A stretch of 64,000 nt of DNA from Basidiobolus meristosporus CBS 931.73 (Eukaryota > Fungi > Basidiobolomycota). Position numbers and translations under genes: made by a program. Location: positions 1 through 64,000 of the forward strand of contig MCFE01000062.1 of assembly GCA_002104905.1 (NCBI GenBank). Direction: 5' to 3'. Position 1 is the stretch's first letter. Every line of letters starts with the position of its first letter. Positions 20,665 to 34,966 of the stretch are shown here, in pieces. The notes under the pieces were generated by a model. It made no database searches. It was not told the origin of the DNA and worked only from the letters and a program-made list of their open reading frames with translations.

Positions 20665-21965
20665 ATGCTTATGGTACAAAGAGCCTTATTGAATTTCCAC
20701 CTCAACAACCATCCTTGTCATTTACACTTCTGATCCCTTTATTTTCCTATGATCTATCCTTGCTATGTTGCAGCAGTAGCCCTAAACTCTAGACAGAAGT
20801 ACTACCCCAATCCTCCTTGATGTATTTCCGTGTCTCGAGTTAGTATTAATTTGGAATTTTCACTGGTGTCAGCCTTCTCACCATCACTTTCCATTTCTTA
20901 TTTTCTTGAATTCATTTCAACAATTCATTCATCATGTAAATAATTATTTTCCCTTTCCAGCGTTAGTCTGGCTCCCTTATGAACTAAATTAAAGGAAAAT
21001 CTACACCTAATACTGACTCGAGTCAAAAATGCTCGCCACGAAAGCAGAGTTAGACTGAAGGATGACCTCTATGCTGAAAAGACGTCAGTCAACCTTTTAG
21101 CCCCACGATCTTTAGCGCACCAACGTAATTCATTGGCATTAACAAATCAGAAAAGTGCGTATTGATCCCCTTGACCCTCTAGCCAACCTCATATGATGCG
21201 ATGTGTTATGCATGGGGCTTCCTTGCGATCCTGACCCTAACAACGCCACTAACAGATTGGGTCAATATGGTAGCCATATTTACATACTAACCACATATAT
21301 CAATGCCAGGCGAATTGCCCAGCATGCTTACATATGATGCTTGCTCGTAACACTGTTAACAGGCATGGCCAGATTTCCTCAGCGCATTCATTATCAAGAC
21401 ATGTCAATGCTCCATGCACCCAGTCTCCTGAACATTCATGACCTTTATCGTGCTGGACGTCGTGAATGCATTCATGTGATCAATCAAATGGGTACAATCG
21501 TCATCATCAATCTAAACTTGAATTGGTACGGTCACGCCTGATCTTTTTTGGCCTAAGCCTGAAGTTTTATGCTGAGCCAAATCCAACAAGGATTTCCTTA
21601 AATAATGATTCCTGCGACCCGTGTGATTTTTTTAGGGAATTGGATGAATTATGAAGTCACTGTATTATAGGTTTAAAAGAACTTGAGCATGCACATGGAT
21701 ATTAGTAGACAGCATCATATTTCTTTTGACTCGGTTCGACACTCGGTCAACTAAGCATACAAGACATATATCAAGGTGAAAGGGATCTAAGCCTAGCTTG
21801 AATAGTATCTCGCTCAATTTATAAAATGTAAGCAATATACTCTGCAGTTCAATGCTTTCTCTTTTGGTTTTGGTCAGCTCATATGTACACCCAAGTAGTA
21901 TCGATAAACTAACTGATTTGCTTGGCAGAAAATAACAGCAATTCCACTGGTTGGTCTGAAGTTCA

Positions 21966-23787
21966 ATGTCAACTGTAGTGGGTGACAAAGCCGACAGGTT
22001 GGATCCCGGGAACTCTTCGCAAGAGAAAGTACAAAAACTCTCGGCGAATGTTGAGAGTGAGCCAAGTGCGCCTATTCCAACCTTTCTTGAGGAATCGGAA
22101 AGTGAAAAAGATGCACGCATACGAAAGTTATTTAACTTCTTCGATGTGGACAACAAAGGCGTGCTTGACGTGGTAGCAATAATAAACGCTTTAGACGCCG
22201 TAACGTCCTCGCCTATTAGGATGGAGTACGCCCAACAACTCTTGCTAAGATGTGATACGTCCCATGACGACCTGATTCAGTACGAGGAATTCCGTGCATT
22301 TGTGGAAGAAAAGGAGATGGAACTTTGGAAACTGTTCTCGGAGATAGATAGAAACAATGATAACGAACTCCAGAAATGCGAGATTGAAGGCGCATTGAAA
22401 AAGGCTAATATTCATATATCTAAGGACGAATTGGATACTTTCTTCAACAAGATGGACAAGGATAACAACGGGGTTATCGACTTTGATGAATGGCGGGATT
22501 TTCTTTTAGTACGTGGTAGCGCTTCCATTACTCTTCTGATAATGACTGTTATGGTAACGGTGTTGCATTTGATTTCCCTCGTTTCTAGCTTCTGCCACGT
22601 GAGACTACAATCTATGAGATTTGGCATTACCATCAAGCCATTGCCCATGTATCCATGGACGGTGAGATTGTTGTAAGCGGCAAAGGGAATTCATTAAGCG
22701 CATTCTTTGCCGGAGCGATAGCAGGCGCTGTAAGCCGTACCGCCACAGCTCCTCTCGACAGGCTTAAGGTATTCTTACAAACTCAAACAAAGGGACCGGT
22801 GTTGGCCATGCCAAAAAACCTATCGGAGACGAATATTGCCAAGAAAAGGGTTATTCTTGGTCTTTACCACAGAGTGAAGTCAGCTGCTACAACTATAGCC
22901 GACACTATGAGGCAGATTTATAGAAATGGGGGAGTGTCGAGTTTCTTCCGAGGTAACGGGTTGAACGTTGCGAAGATAATTCCGGAGTCGGCCATCAAAT
23001 TCTACACTTATGACAAAGTCAAAAAGTACCTCGCCAAGTACTTGAATGAAGAGGAAAAAACCTCGTCTAGTATATCTATGCGGTTCGTCGCTGGTGGGGC
23101 AGCAGGCCTTACAAGCCAGTTTTCTATATATCCCGTTGAAGTGTTAAAGACTCGGATTATGAGCTCTGCTGGGATGTCTAAATCCTCAACCAAAGGCGTC
23201 TTAAAATCAACCGCTACAAAAATGTGGAAAACCGGCGGCCTTACATCCTTCTACAAGGGCCTCACCCCAGCACTCATTGGTGTGATGCCATACGCAGCAA
23301 TTGATATGGGCTTATTCGAAACCCTAAGAGTAACATATACAAAGTACCTTCAATCTATCAGTAAGAATGAAGATGAGGCCCCAAGCGTATTGGCCTTACT
23401 TGGATGTGGAACTATCAGCGGCACTGTTGGCGCTACATCAGTTTACCCTTTGAATTTGGTTCGCACAAGGTAAGATGTATCTGCGGGCTGGCGGCGATTT
23501 GAGATATGTGTTTGATTTGTTTGTCGTGCAGGCTAATGGCACAGGGAACTCCTGGTCATCCATACACCTATGATGGTGTTATGGATGTGGTCAAGCGGAC
23601 GTATACACGTGAAGGAATCACAGGCTTCTACCGTGGATTAGTGCCAACACTTATAAAAGTGAGTCCACCATCTTACCATAAAGTATCACTATCTAAATGA
23701 CTCTCCTCTCTATAGGTGATCCCAGCCGTGAGCATCAGCTACGTGGTCTACGAGAAAACAAGGAGATTTATTGACAGTAACGAATGA
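21966..23787 (+). CDS. SAL1: Ca2+-binding mitochondrial ATP-Mg/Pi carrier (SCaMC/SAL1-like), multi-exon
   Basis: Four EF-hand-like loops (DVDNKGVLD, DTSHDDLIQYEEF, DRNNDNELQ, DKDNNGVIDFDEW) followed by three carrier repeats (TATAPLDRLKV, YPVEVLKTR, YPLNLVRTR; FFRGNGLNVAKIIPESAIKF). Confidence 0.92.
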
Positions 23788-24441
23788 ACAAATCGACTTT
23801 ATGTTTGGAATGTAAAGTGCCCTTTGTACAACCGTATTATTATTATTCTAACATGGTTTGAGGTAAAAGCCAATGAAGCAATTTGGACGTGTGATGTGAC
23901 CAACAACATTGTGCATACATGAAGTAAATATGATCCATTTTCGTGATAACTCTGTAGGCACAGTAGACTTTCGGGTGCGCACACAATCTTGACAACAATG
24001 AACATGCGAGAAACCAGATAAATACAGATTTGGTTGTTAGGCCATTTTTCCACAAATGATAATGATTCATGTATTGTAGATCCAGTGAAACTGGGAAATT
24101 AATTGGAAAATATATTATCAACTAATATAAATTAATCTACATCAGGGACGATATTCTGTATCATATGTACAAGCCTTCTTACTTCCAACAACAATCTTGA
24201 AGTATATCATACAAGTTGTATGGATACTCTACATAGATATCTGAGTGCTTTGGATGTAGCTAGCTTACATCCGGAAACTATGAGTGTGGCTGAGCGGGGA
24301 GGATCTAGTATTAAGCTTCGTTTGCTAGAGATATAGGTGAATGTAGGATTTACAGGAAATAAAGTAATAAAGAATGCGTTGCTTTTCATGCACCTAGCTT
24401 CAATCCGACACTGCGTCATTATTTCTCCTAGGAACGTAGCA

Positions 24442-26505
24442 TCACCCATGATGATGCTCCTTCAATGAGTAGAATCGTTCCACCGAGTTTACAGCGTCTT
24501 GAATACTAAAGTGCAGGTATTTTTGCTCCTTCAGCAGTGGTGTATGGATGTTCGGCTGCCTTGAATAGGTTTCAAGATGGGCTTCAGAAGGGGAGAGCGG
24601 TGCGATAGGTGTGGTAAGTCCCGAGTTCTCCAATGCTTTCTGTATATTATAGTGGACAGATACAAAATGGAACTCAAAGCTCTTTCCGTTGTAAGTGTCC
24701 AAGGTTTCTCCAGAATACTTAGTTAGCTCGGTTTTGAGGTCTATGAGACCTTGCAGGCCTGTGGAATCGATATTGTTGACCGCGCCGAAGTCAAATATGA
24801 CTGCACGCAACAATGGGTACTCGTAAGAGCTTGATACTTCACCGAAGTGTCCAAGTCGCAAATTCACAATACGCTGTTCAAGATCGTCAGACCAACTTTG
24901 GTCCTCTTTCGAAAACGGTTGTGCCCCAGAACGCGTACGCTCGTACACCGCATCAAGTAGCTTTTCTTTGACGTACGCTACATTGGGGAATGTGAGCGAT
25001 TCCTGCAATTTAAAAACCACAATCCCTGAAGGTGGCGGGATGGTGTGTTGATTAACCGAAGGCACGATATAGTTGGCAGTACCATAAAGCCTTTCCAAGA
25101 CGTATGTCTTGGGTCTGCTTATACGATATAATAGTAGTAGAAGAGCAAATCCAACCGCCACCGTAATACCCACCTCAGTACCGAAGAAGAAGGTGCTCAA
25201 CAAAGCCAGAATGCTGTTTACGAAGTCCCAAGGCTGGACTTTATAGAGCTGGTAAAAGAAGCGCCAGCCAGAAATAAGGGATCCAGCATTGACTATGATT
25301 ACCGCAGCCAGAGTTGCCTCAGGGATCCAAAAAAACAGTCGGGTCAAATAGAAAAGCGCAGCGATCACGACCAACCCCGTCCATATGCCTCCAAGCGGGG
25401 TTCGAACACCCGATCGTGATTTAACAGCAGACCGAGAAAATGAGCCTGTAGATGGCATGGCAGAGAAAAAAGATCCCAGAATATTACAGACACCTAGAGA
25501 GAATAGCTCCTGGGAAGGATCAACTTGATAGCCATTCTTGCGAGCAAAAGCCTTGCAGATTGCAACGTGCTCCAATATGGTGATGACGGTGACTGGAACA
25601 GCGGCGTAGCTAATATCCGAGAGGAGCTGCATGCTGATATCTGGTGTCTTGACAGGGGGGAAGCCTTCGGGAACGTTTCCAACAATACTGAATGCGAACT
25701 CATTCCCACGATTGCAATTAATCAGATAAGAGACAAAGGTGAATAAAACAACACAGAATGCATTCCCGGCGGTCCCAAAGATATCCCATCCGAGGTTGTT
25801 TTGGCCCAGCCTCTTGCGGATGATAAGGAAGAGGATGAGGATGCTGATTGAGGAGATGCCCATGAACCCATCCGCCCAATTTGCTTCTTCAAAATTCTTC
25901 AAAAGACTAATTATAATTTCATAACTGGAATCGTTTCCATTGACATTAGGGACGCCTAGTAGGTTCTTTATCTGGCCAAGGACGATAGTACCTGCGGCCC
26001 CAGAAGTAAATCCCGCGATAACCGGGTTCGGAATGAAGTCGAGGATGATGCCGAGGCGAAGTAGTCCCATTATAAGCGTAACCATGCCACCAAGAAAGCA
26101 TAGTGCGACAGACACCGTAACTGGATCATACGCGCCATTTCCCGCAACAGTCCCAATGACGGAACCCACCAGTAAGCAAAGGACTGCAGTTGGGCCAACG
26201 GAGATATCTTTACTTGTACCCAAAAAGCTATACAGCATCACACCAGCAAAGGAAGAGTATAGGCCATATTCAACAGGCAGCGTGGCAAGTTTTGCGTATG
26301 CTAGAGACTAGATATCACAGTGAGTATGAGGTGATGCGAAGGATCTTGGTATGTTGCAGCTTACCTGGGGAACTAACATAAATCCTACTGTGAGGCCGGC
26401 TATCAGATCGAAAGTAAACCAATTCAAATTGTATTTGGGTCCCCAAGATAATATGGGGACTACCCTCTTGCTTCGTATCCATATACCACTTGAGATAGAC
26501 GCCAT
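24442..26505 (-). CDS. SulP/SLC26 sulfate transporter with STAS domain
   Basis: DLIAGLTVGFMLVPQ/SLAYAKLATLPVEYGLYSSF, GTSKDISVGP, TGSFSRSAV, STAS (VIFDFGAVNNIDSTGLQGL). One intron ~26310-26365. ATG taken at 26505 (MASISS). Confidence 0.93.
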
Positions 26506-28528
26506 GTTGTCCACACTCAGGAATGCAGCTATGTCAAAGCTTTTGCGATGGAAACAAATATAGATCACTACTGGAATAGAATGGATCAAGCAGAAAAGCG
26601 GGCGAGGAGCACTTTTGTACGAGCAGGAGCGAATGGAAACAACAATTCTTGAGGTCACAGCTGAGACCTTTATACCAATGCCAGCCGAGAAATTACTAAT
26701 GGCACTTCATATTATGCTTGCATGATGGAAACTTGAATCACGCCCGAGCAGCAATTGCGCAATAATTTTTAAGGAGAAATTGCTCATTCGAAATTCAGTC
26801 ATCTGTGCTACCAAAGGAATAACTGATATGAGTTCTATATTTGTCAACAATGAATTCACAAGGGATCGGTGTGAATGCACCAGAGCAATTCGTATGTTGT
26901 TGGCCATCGGCCAGTAGGTGAAGTTGTGAGTGCATGAAGATTGGTAAGAATCCAAAGGGACAGTCAACATTCGTGCATATGCAAATTTACTTCTTGGTAA
27001 TCAATGACACTTGCCACATTCAGTGAAACAGGAATAAGGATACATTCCGTTCAAACCCAGTCAATTGATACATGAAGATGGCTGATGGATTGGGGATTAG
27101 GGATAGATTCCAGTAACCAATGATGCCAGAATTGCTCCACAATGTGCCCTGAGAAGCCCATCATTTTCCGATCCACTCCACTTCACATCATTGTGGTATG
27201 TTTGAGATGCTAGGTAATATCTGAGGAAACTTGACAGTGCAATGGATCCGCAGTGTCACAGGTTTCAAGCTTGGGATCTGATCAAACAGGCTATATGAAG
27301 TGTTTCCAAGACACTCCACGTAGCAAGTCACGAATTTCGTCAGCAATGCGATCTTTCACCTCTTTGCTGCTCTCCTTAAAACATGGTCGGTGTATACAAA
27401 TGATTTTCGTTAATATTCGAGGCGCACGCTAAGCAAATGGTATGAATGAGCGACAGGAGTATTGTGATATATTTGTGGCACAGTACGCTCTCCCCACTTT
27501 GCCATTCTTCATGTCATGATCAACGCATCCACTGAAACGGAATCAAACCACAATAAACAGAGCTCCACTGTTTACATAATCCTGGTTTTTGTTTTGCAAC
27601 ATTGGCCGGGGGCCGATTTGGGATATGAGGGCATAATACATGGCAGGCAATGGAGGGGCAATGGTCTCAAGAATACACTATTAACAGCTTGGCCTCTCTA
27701 TACCTTTTGGCGTATCACAGTATGGATGAAGGTGTGTAGACGTCTCAATTTCAACTCCGAACTGATAGGACATTGGCTTGACTGTTCGGGTAAAATATAA
27801 ACCAAGGCTGATTCCAGTACCTCGGACATAATGAGCTGTTATTCAAATTTGGGGCTGCTGGGTGATACAGGTTCAAGAGATCAATCTATTACAATGGAAA
27901 ACCAGTTCACAAGCCCATTGCTAATACAGTATACCATTCCGCTGCTACCCTACATCAAAGCAGATCGTGCCATTTCTTCCAAAATTGCATTTGTTACGGT
28001 GACTATGGCGTGATTATTTTAGATTTCTCTCACCACACTTCATCGATAGGATCGGGAGTACATCATGTGGCCCGTCTACACTCAATGGGAATCAATTTGT
28101 ACCATCAATCTCCTTGACTTCTAGAGCACACAAGCCATGGAAGAATACGATAAAAGGATGCAAAGTATTCCTCCATATTGTATCTCTCGAACAGTACGTT
28201 TTTTGGGCTTTTCCTTCTGTACTTTGCCATGATGTGTCCATCTAGCTAAGTGGCTATGAAAGTAGTCCATCAGACTGGTGACAACTGTGCGGGTCCCGAA
28301 CTTTTACGATGCAAGTCACCGTTATCAATAACATATTGACATAAGGTCTAAATTGAAATTTTATCATGCTTGAAGGGTAAATACATCTGAATCTTGCGAA
28401 ATTACATAAATGTTCAGGGATAGTGATAGGTTAGATAACATGCATGTGGAGTGTGAATAATACAGTAATATGAAAGTTGTGATTGCTACGCATTTAGCAG
28501 TGCAGATTACAAAATAGGTTCAAGTTGT

Positions 28529-29356
28529 TTAGCTACTACCTGCTCCATATGGTTGTGCGGGATACGATGGGTTAGGATTGGAATCTCTGTTGCCACCGAA
28601 CTGACTCAAGTTGGACATGGACAAATTCAACATTTTCTTGTAATTTCTCATACGACGTCTACGACGGAAGTAGATGAATAATGCACAAAGTAGCACTGCT
28701 ACTCCGGCAACTACACCTATGACAATGTACACCCAGACTGGTAAGGAATGATATAGTTCTTGCTCGTTGCTGGCTTGGCATTGGCTATTTTTGCAGCTGG
28801 ACGATTGGCATTGAGCGTTGCTAGTACAGGATTCCCCATCAGCAAATCTGCTCACACATAGCCGTGAATCCTGAGAGCAGAATGTGTTCGGCATACAGTT
28901 GTCAACAGAATTGTCAACGGATAGCACGGAATCTATAGTACACTGCCCGCCAAGCGTAACATTTCTGGAAGTACATACTTGGTTTAAACAGATCACACTT
29001 GTATCACCAACGCAAATAGAGTTGAAGTTGGCTTTCTGTGCATCGCAATCTCCGCCAAGAGGTATCTTCTTTTGACATTCAACGCGGTCATAAGGACAGT
29101 AGTAAGCGTCGTTGCACATTGGTGCTTGAGATCCGGTATCATCAGGGTCATAAATGCATTTTTTACGAACGCATTGCTGGTTCTTGTTGCATGTTAGTGT
29201 GTCATCTTGGCATGTATTGGATACGCTGTACGATTCGATGTATCTACACTTGGCGGGAGCTTGACCATGAACAGAGGTGATTATATTGTCCTGGTTTACC
29301 AGCATCATCATGATGCGTATACCAAGAACCCAGCACCAACTCTTCAAAGGGATCAT
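28529..29356 (-). CDS. Cysteine-rich single-pass (type I) membrane protein of unknown function
   Basis: Hydrophobic N-terminus, ~20 Cys ectodomain with EGF/EB-like spacing, TM helix LPVWVYIVIGVVAGVAVLLCALFIYF, RRRRR stop-transfer, short tail. Confidence 0.8.
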   Translation of the reverse strand: MIPLKSWCWVLGIRIMMMLVNQDNIITSVHGQAPAKCRYIESYSVSNTCQDDTLTCNKNQQCVRKKCIYDPDDTGSQAPMCNDAYYCPYDRVECQKKIPLGGDCDAQKANFNSICVGDTSVICLNQVCTSRNVTLGGQCTIDSVLSVDNSVDNCMPNTFCSQDSRLCVSRFADGESCTSNAQCQSSSCKNSQCQASNEQELYHSLPVWVYIVIGVVAGVAVLLCALFIYFRRRRRMRNYKKMLNLSMSNLSQFGGNRDSNPNPSYPAQPYGAGSS

Positions 29357-30579
29357 GCTGGAACGCTATTGAGGAGAGTTTGGTGAAAAGGTAGTTCGGG
29401 TTAATACAGAATTGAAGAGGGAGCGCGGGCTTTTTTAAACGAATTCAAAGTTTTCCTTAGTGTGAAGATGTCAGAGGTCGATGCAATTCCTATTTTTAAA
29501 TACAGTAGACTATCCAATCCTAAGAAGAGTCCAGTTAGTGTAACTTTTATTTCGCAACAGCACTTGATTGTGTAACAGGTGAGCCTGCCGATACTGGTTT
29601 CCTGCTATTGTTCAAGGTAAAAATACCTTTTTTGAACCCCATGAGATACAGTGAATTTTATTCACTTATCAGGTAGAAGATTGCATTGCGAGCTACATGC
29701 CATCTTCAGTTAGAAATGATATCGATCTGTTTGTGTGCACGAATCGGATGAGCATGCCAAGCCCATATGGTTTAGATGCAATTTCAAATTACCACTCTAC
29801 TTCCGGGATTCATCGGCCTCAGGACTTCTAATTTAACTTAATCAAATTTCATAGTCTCCCACCATTGGCATAAATAAATCAATCTTGTATATAAATAGAA
29901 ATCCATGTGCATTCGTGTTACGTATAGCTCAGACATGCATATGGATTAGAATGGACACAGATACCTTCCTCTCTCTCTCCCCCCCCCCGAAAAAAGGGGT
30001 ATTCACACGAATACATACCATACAGCTTGTACAAATGGACTGCACAAGCGTTTTTGTAGCACAAAGTTCAACCTCTAAGATGGACCTTTCCGCACCCCAC
30101 TCCTATACGGCTTGTGATATAATGCCCATTGAAAGGCACTGTCTAGAATCTCGAGGCACTGCCTCAGACCTGGGATTGCGGAATGAACTGGCTTAGTAGA
30201 CAGTGTGAAGGTTTATATGAGGTGGTGGAAAGATTGATTTGACCTTCAACAATCACTAAGCCTGGAATCGAGTGGATAGGTGTCTCAAATTAATGCATTC
30301 CAAAGATGATTGTGTTTAGCATATTTTATTTCATTTTGGTCGAAACAGTAAATCGGATATCAATGTTGATTATTAACTCATGAATGATCAGGTTTCAGAG
30401 TCCTTTCATCCTCAGAAAGCCCAGTGCTTTTCTAAAACTACCACTCGTATCGTTCACCCTGGGATAGCTAGCAATACGTATACCACAGGTCCCTTACCTA
30501 TCTTCTACAGCGACTCTTTGACGATCCAGTGCCCACCCAGCTGTCTATTCAATCTGAGGAATGTCATATATTGTCAATT

Positions 30580-33500
30580 ATGGGAAACAACAAGAACTCT
30601 GTCAATAAGCTTTTTGAAGAAAAAAGTAGAATACCCGATCCTTTCCCTCCAGTAAGAAAGTTTGGTGGCATTCAGCGTAGCCAAACCTTACCAGTACCAA
30701 CCAAAAAAGTTGAAGACACAAGCATCGGCTTTTCCAACGATTTCTTTGCCCTTGCATTATCCTCGCTGCCCAGTCTGCAGCAACCCAAATGGCAAAAAAC
30801 GATCGAAGATAGGATAAAATCCGTGGTCTCCATCAAATTTAGTCTAGTCGAATTCTTTGATACTGAAGGTTCCAACATTTCTTTCACTTTTCGGGCGCTT
30901 ATGACCAAAGCTAATATGATCTTCAGAACCTCTAAATTCCGAGGCGACTGGATTTGTAGTTGATTCTAAACGCGGTCTGATATTGACCAACAGGTACTTG
31001 CTTCCATCTAAGGCGATCTACTTCGCCAACTAATCAGCCAGTCAGACATGTAGTGTCCCCAGGCCCGTTTGTTGGTGAGGCTATTTTCCACGATCTTGAG
31101 GAGGTCGGAGTGTTTCCGGTCTATCGGTATGACCTAAAGTTTCTCATTCTTAAGCGTTTTTTGACCTTTCAATCTACTTAGTGATCCAGTTCATGATTTC
31201 GGGTATGTGTTGAAGGTATCTGGGGTGTTGATTTACACTTTACAAACACTGTCTTTTCGTAGATTTCTCCGGTTTGATCCAGCCAAGATTAAGTACATGC
31301 CTGTGAAAGAAATCCCATTGGAGCCTTCCGCGGCGAAGGTTGGTTTGGAGATTCGGGTTATTGGCAACGATAACGGTGATCAGCTATCGATTCTCGCTGG
31401 ATGCATATCTCAATTACACAGAAATGCCAGTGACTACGGCCCAGGAAATTACAGCGATTTCAAGTATGACGATGCACACTCATATTCCATTCTAGGTGCG
31501 CATCGTTGACTCCTTCAATTTTAGTACCTTTTATTACCAGGCCGCCTCTAGTGCAAGCGGTGGTAGTTCCGGGAGCCCTGTCATTGACGTTGAGGGGAGA
31601 GCAGTTGCGCTTCAGTCAGGTTGGTTTATTTGGTTATCTGGAGCATAGCTCAGAGCGCTTGATTAACCCATTGGCGACAATGCAGCTGGAAGTGACGAGG
31701 CTGCCAGTAATTACTATCTTCCTCTAGATCGCGTAATTCGCGCTTTGAAATGTATTCAAAACAACGAACCAATCACACGAGGAACCATTCAAGCCAAATT
31801 TATGTAGTGCCTAGTCATGAGCATTGTTTCCGAAGGTCCCACTAATTCCTAACGTTATGGTCGCTAGGTATGAGCCCTTTAACGAAACGAGAAGGTTGGG
31901 ATTGCTCCCTGATACCGAGGAAGATGTCCGAAACACGTTCCCCGATGGTAGGGGAATGCTTGTAGTCGCCTCGGTTGTCCCTAATGGGCCAGCGTATGGA
32001 ATGTTGGAGGAAGGAGATATCCTTGTGATGGTTAATGGGAATCACACCATTGAATTTTCTCACCTGGAGGAAGTTATCGATACTTCAGTAGGGAGTAGTG
32101 TCAGGTTCACGGTTGAGCGTGGTGGCGAGGTTCTAAACTTTGACATTGTTGTTCAAGATTTGCATGCAATGTAAGATACACGAAACAATCGTTTATTTGC
32201 CGAGAATTTCTGTTAACATTTTGCAACGCAGTACTCCAGATCGATATGTCACCATCGGTGGAGGGATTTTCAATGAGCTCTCTTATCAAATTGCCATGAG
32301 TTACAAAATTCCTGTCGGTGGTGTTTACGTATCAGGAGGCTATGGGATGTGGTTTGGGAGTGGGATGGTAATCGATTCTGCTCATAATAAGCCTACTCCT
32401 GATCTCAGTACATTCATTGAAGTGATGAAAGGGATCCCAGATGGAGAGCATTTCCCTGTCAAGTATCATTATGCCTCAAATCAGAGAGACATGAGATTGA
32501 AGATTGTCAGGATGGAGCGCCACTGGTCCCCATTCAAAGTCGCCATAAAAGATGGTTAGTTCGGTATCTAAATCTAGCTTCATTCAAACCTTAACACAGC
32601 GACCATTCTAGACACTTCGGGATACTGGAACTTTACCGATTTAGGGCAACCCCCAGTCCCTGAGCTTCGTCGTCGAATAACAGCCGATATGCTACCGAGT
32701 GATAATCTTAGCTCTGAAACGAACTTGATACGATCGTTTGTCAAGATCAAGTACTATATGCCTTTAACACTGGACGGGTTTCGGCTCGTAAACGTAAGTA
32801 CACTTCGTTTACTCATTGCTCAGGCAACGAATAGTCGTTAATCCTATTCCAGACTGAGGGCTATGGTGTTATTGTGGATGCTGCCAGAGGCATAATTGTT
32901 GTTAGCCGGTCTCTAGTCCCAGTATCAATGGGCGACCTAACTATTATTATTGCTGATTCCGTCAAGATACCTGGTCACATCGTTTTCTTCCATCCTGGGC
33001 ATAATTTCGTCTTCATATCCTACGATACAAACCTGGTGGATGATGGGATTGTCAGAAATATCAACATCAGTGACGCTCCTCTAGAAGATGGTATACCCTC
33101 GTTCGAATGGAGATACATCCTGGTTTTAAAGCGTGCCATGCTTACATTTTCCTTAATAGGACAAGAGGCGTACTTCTTCGGATTTAACAATTCCGATTTT
33201 CCCGTGCTCACAAAGACAACCGTATCATACGTGAAAAACTACAGCTTCGCCGAAAACAATCCACCCCGGTTCAAGTAAGGCCAAGAAGTGCAAACGTAAC
33301 ATAAGTAAGGACTAATCACGTGTACGCTTACAGGAGTGTGAATTTTGACGCCATTACGCTTGGGTCTACTGTCCCATATACCTGTGATAACGGTATCATT
33401 GTCGACGGCCAAGGGTGCGTTCAGGCATTCTTTTTCAACTATCTGGAGTCATCCGATGAACATGGAAACGAGAAGGAGATTCAGCTTGGATTGCCAATTG

Positions 33501-34476
33501 ATGTGATACTCCCAGCTTTATATGACATTCGAGAGGGAAAATACCCTACAGTAAGAATGCTCACCATCGAGTTAACCTCACTCTCGTTCGATGAAGCCAA
33601 AGATATTGGCCTGTCTTTCTTCTGGATAAAGCTATTCAAGGAAACGAACCCAACCTGCTTGGATGTCTACCAGATTTATAGGGTCGAGGCAGGTAGCCCT
33701 TGCCAAGGGGTTCTAAAAGAACTGGACATTATTTTGGCCGTGGATGGGCAACCCTGTACCCAGTTGGCTGACATGGACATTCAGTATTACCAACCTGAAG
33801 TTGAGATGGTAAACACCTTTTTGTCAATCAGTTGCACATCACACTAACACTACTTTGTTTCATCTAGACCATCTTAAGAGACTCCGAAGAGCTGGTTATC
33901 ACAGTGCCAACCACTCCTTGCTCTGGAGAAGGCACCACCAGAGTAGTTAGATGGTGTGGAGCTGTACTTCAAGGTAGTGCTTGAGCTTTTCATATGATCA
34001 AGATCTGCCGTGTTAACATCCATATGACATTAGAGCCGTATAAAGCAGTTCTGCAGCAAGTAGAGAGGATACCTTCGCAAGTCTATGTATCTTCATGCAA
34101 CTTTGGCTCGCCCGCCAATAATTACGGACTGGTGAGAAGACAAGATACGATGAAACTTGAAATCAAGCTAATACCCACTTCATAAGGCTCCTACCAAATT
34201 CATTACACATGTAAATGGCTTTGAGACTCCTGATTTAGATGCTCTGCTGAGGGTGCTTGGCGATTCACCGGACAACACTTACGTACGGATAAGACTGGTT
34301 AGTCTAGAGGGGCATCCAGAAATACTAACGTTAAAGACCAATTACCATTACTGGTACGAAGCGATCTTCATTGTTGTGCGTTGCGAAAGTCTTTCTCACC
34401 CAATCTCTCCTGCAGGCCTACCACAGAGCTGGTAAAAGACCGGGACTCAGTTGCGTGGTCTAGAAAAGAACACTAA
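30580..34476 (+). CDS. NMA111: Nma111/Ynm3-like HtrA serine protease with PDZ domains, multi-exon
   Basis: Spliced motifs [34 protein letters not shown] and [14 protein letters not shown] give an intact His-Asp-Ser triad. Second degenerate protease domain [17 protein letters not shown]; PDZ motifs [13 protein letters not shown] and GSPANNYGL. Confidence 0.9.
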
Positions 34477-34966
34477 TGGTCACTGAACACTGCCTATACA
34501 ACCCATCAATTTTATCGTACATTCCCTAATGAATAGAAAGTGTTCATGATGTTGACCATTTTCTTCCATAATAGAATAGATTAAAACTTTTTATACTCCT
34601 AGAATGCACATATTTGTATGACACAGTCCCCACACCATTTTTCAGGTTGTTATTCAACTTGCGGGCTGCAATATTACTTGGTAGATGATCGATGGGTGGG
34701 TCCGCACTTTACTGAGCCATCCACACCAGTTTATTATACTTCTATATCACTCGTTCTTCTGAAATGAATAGGTGTGACAGGTATGGATATGATTGCATAC
34801 TATATACATTAAATGAATATGTCGCATAATCTCACTTGGTTCCAAGAAGCTGTCGTGAGTGGAGGTTTAGTGATTTATCTAGTGGTCCATGTGAAATGAT
34901 ATAAGTTGTGGATGGGGGCGTAAGAGGTGTAGTGTGAATGTGTTATATTTGCTAAAATAAAATAAT

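Noticed and set aside
21430-21480. Short frame MTFIVLDVVNAF resembling a reverse-transcriptase motif
   Set aside because: Isolated ~12 codons flanked by stops, with no other RT motifs.
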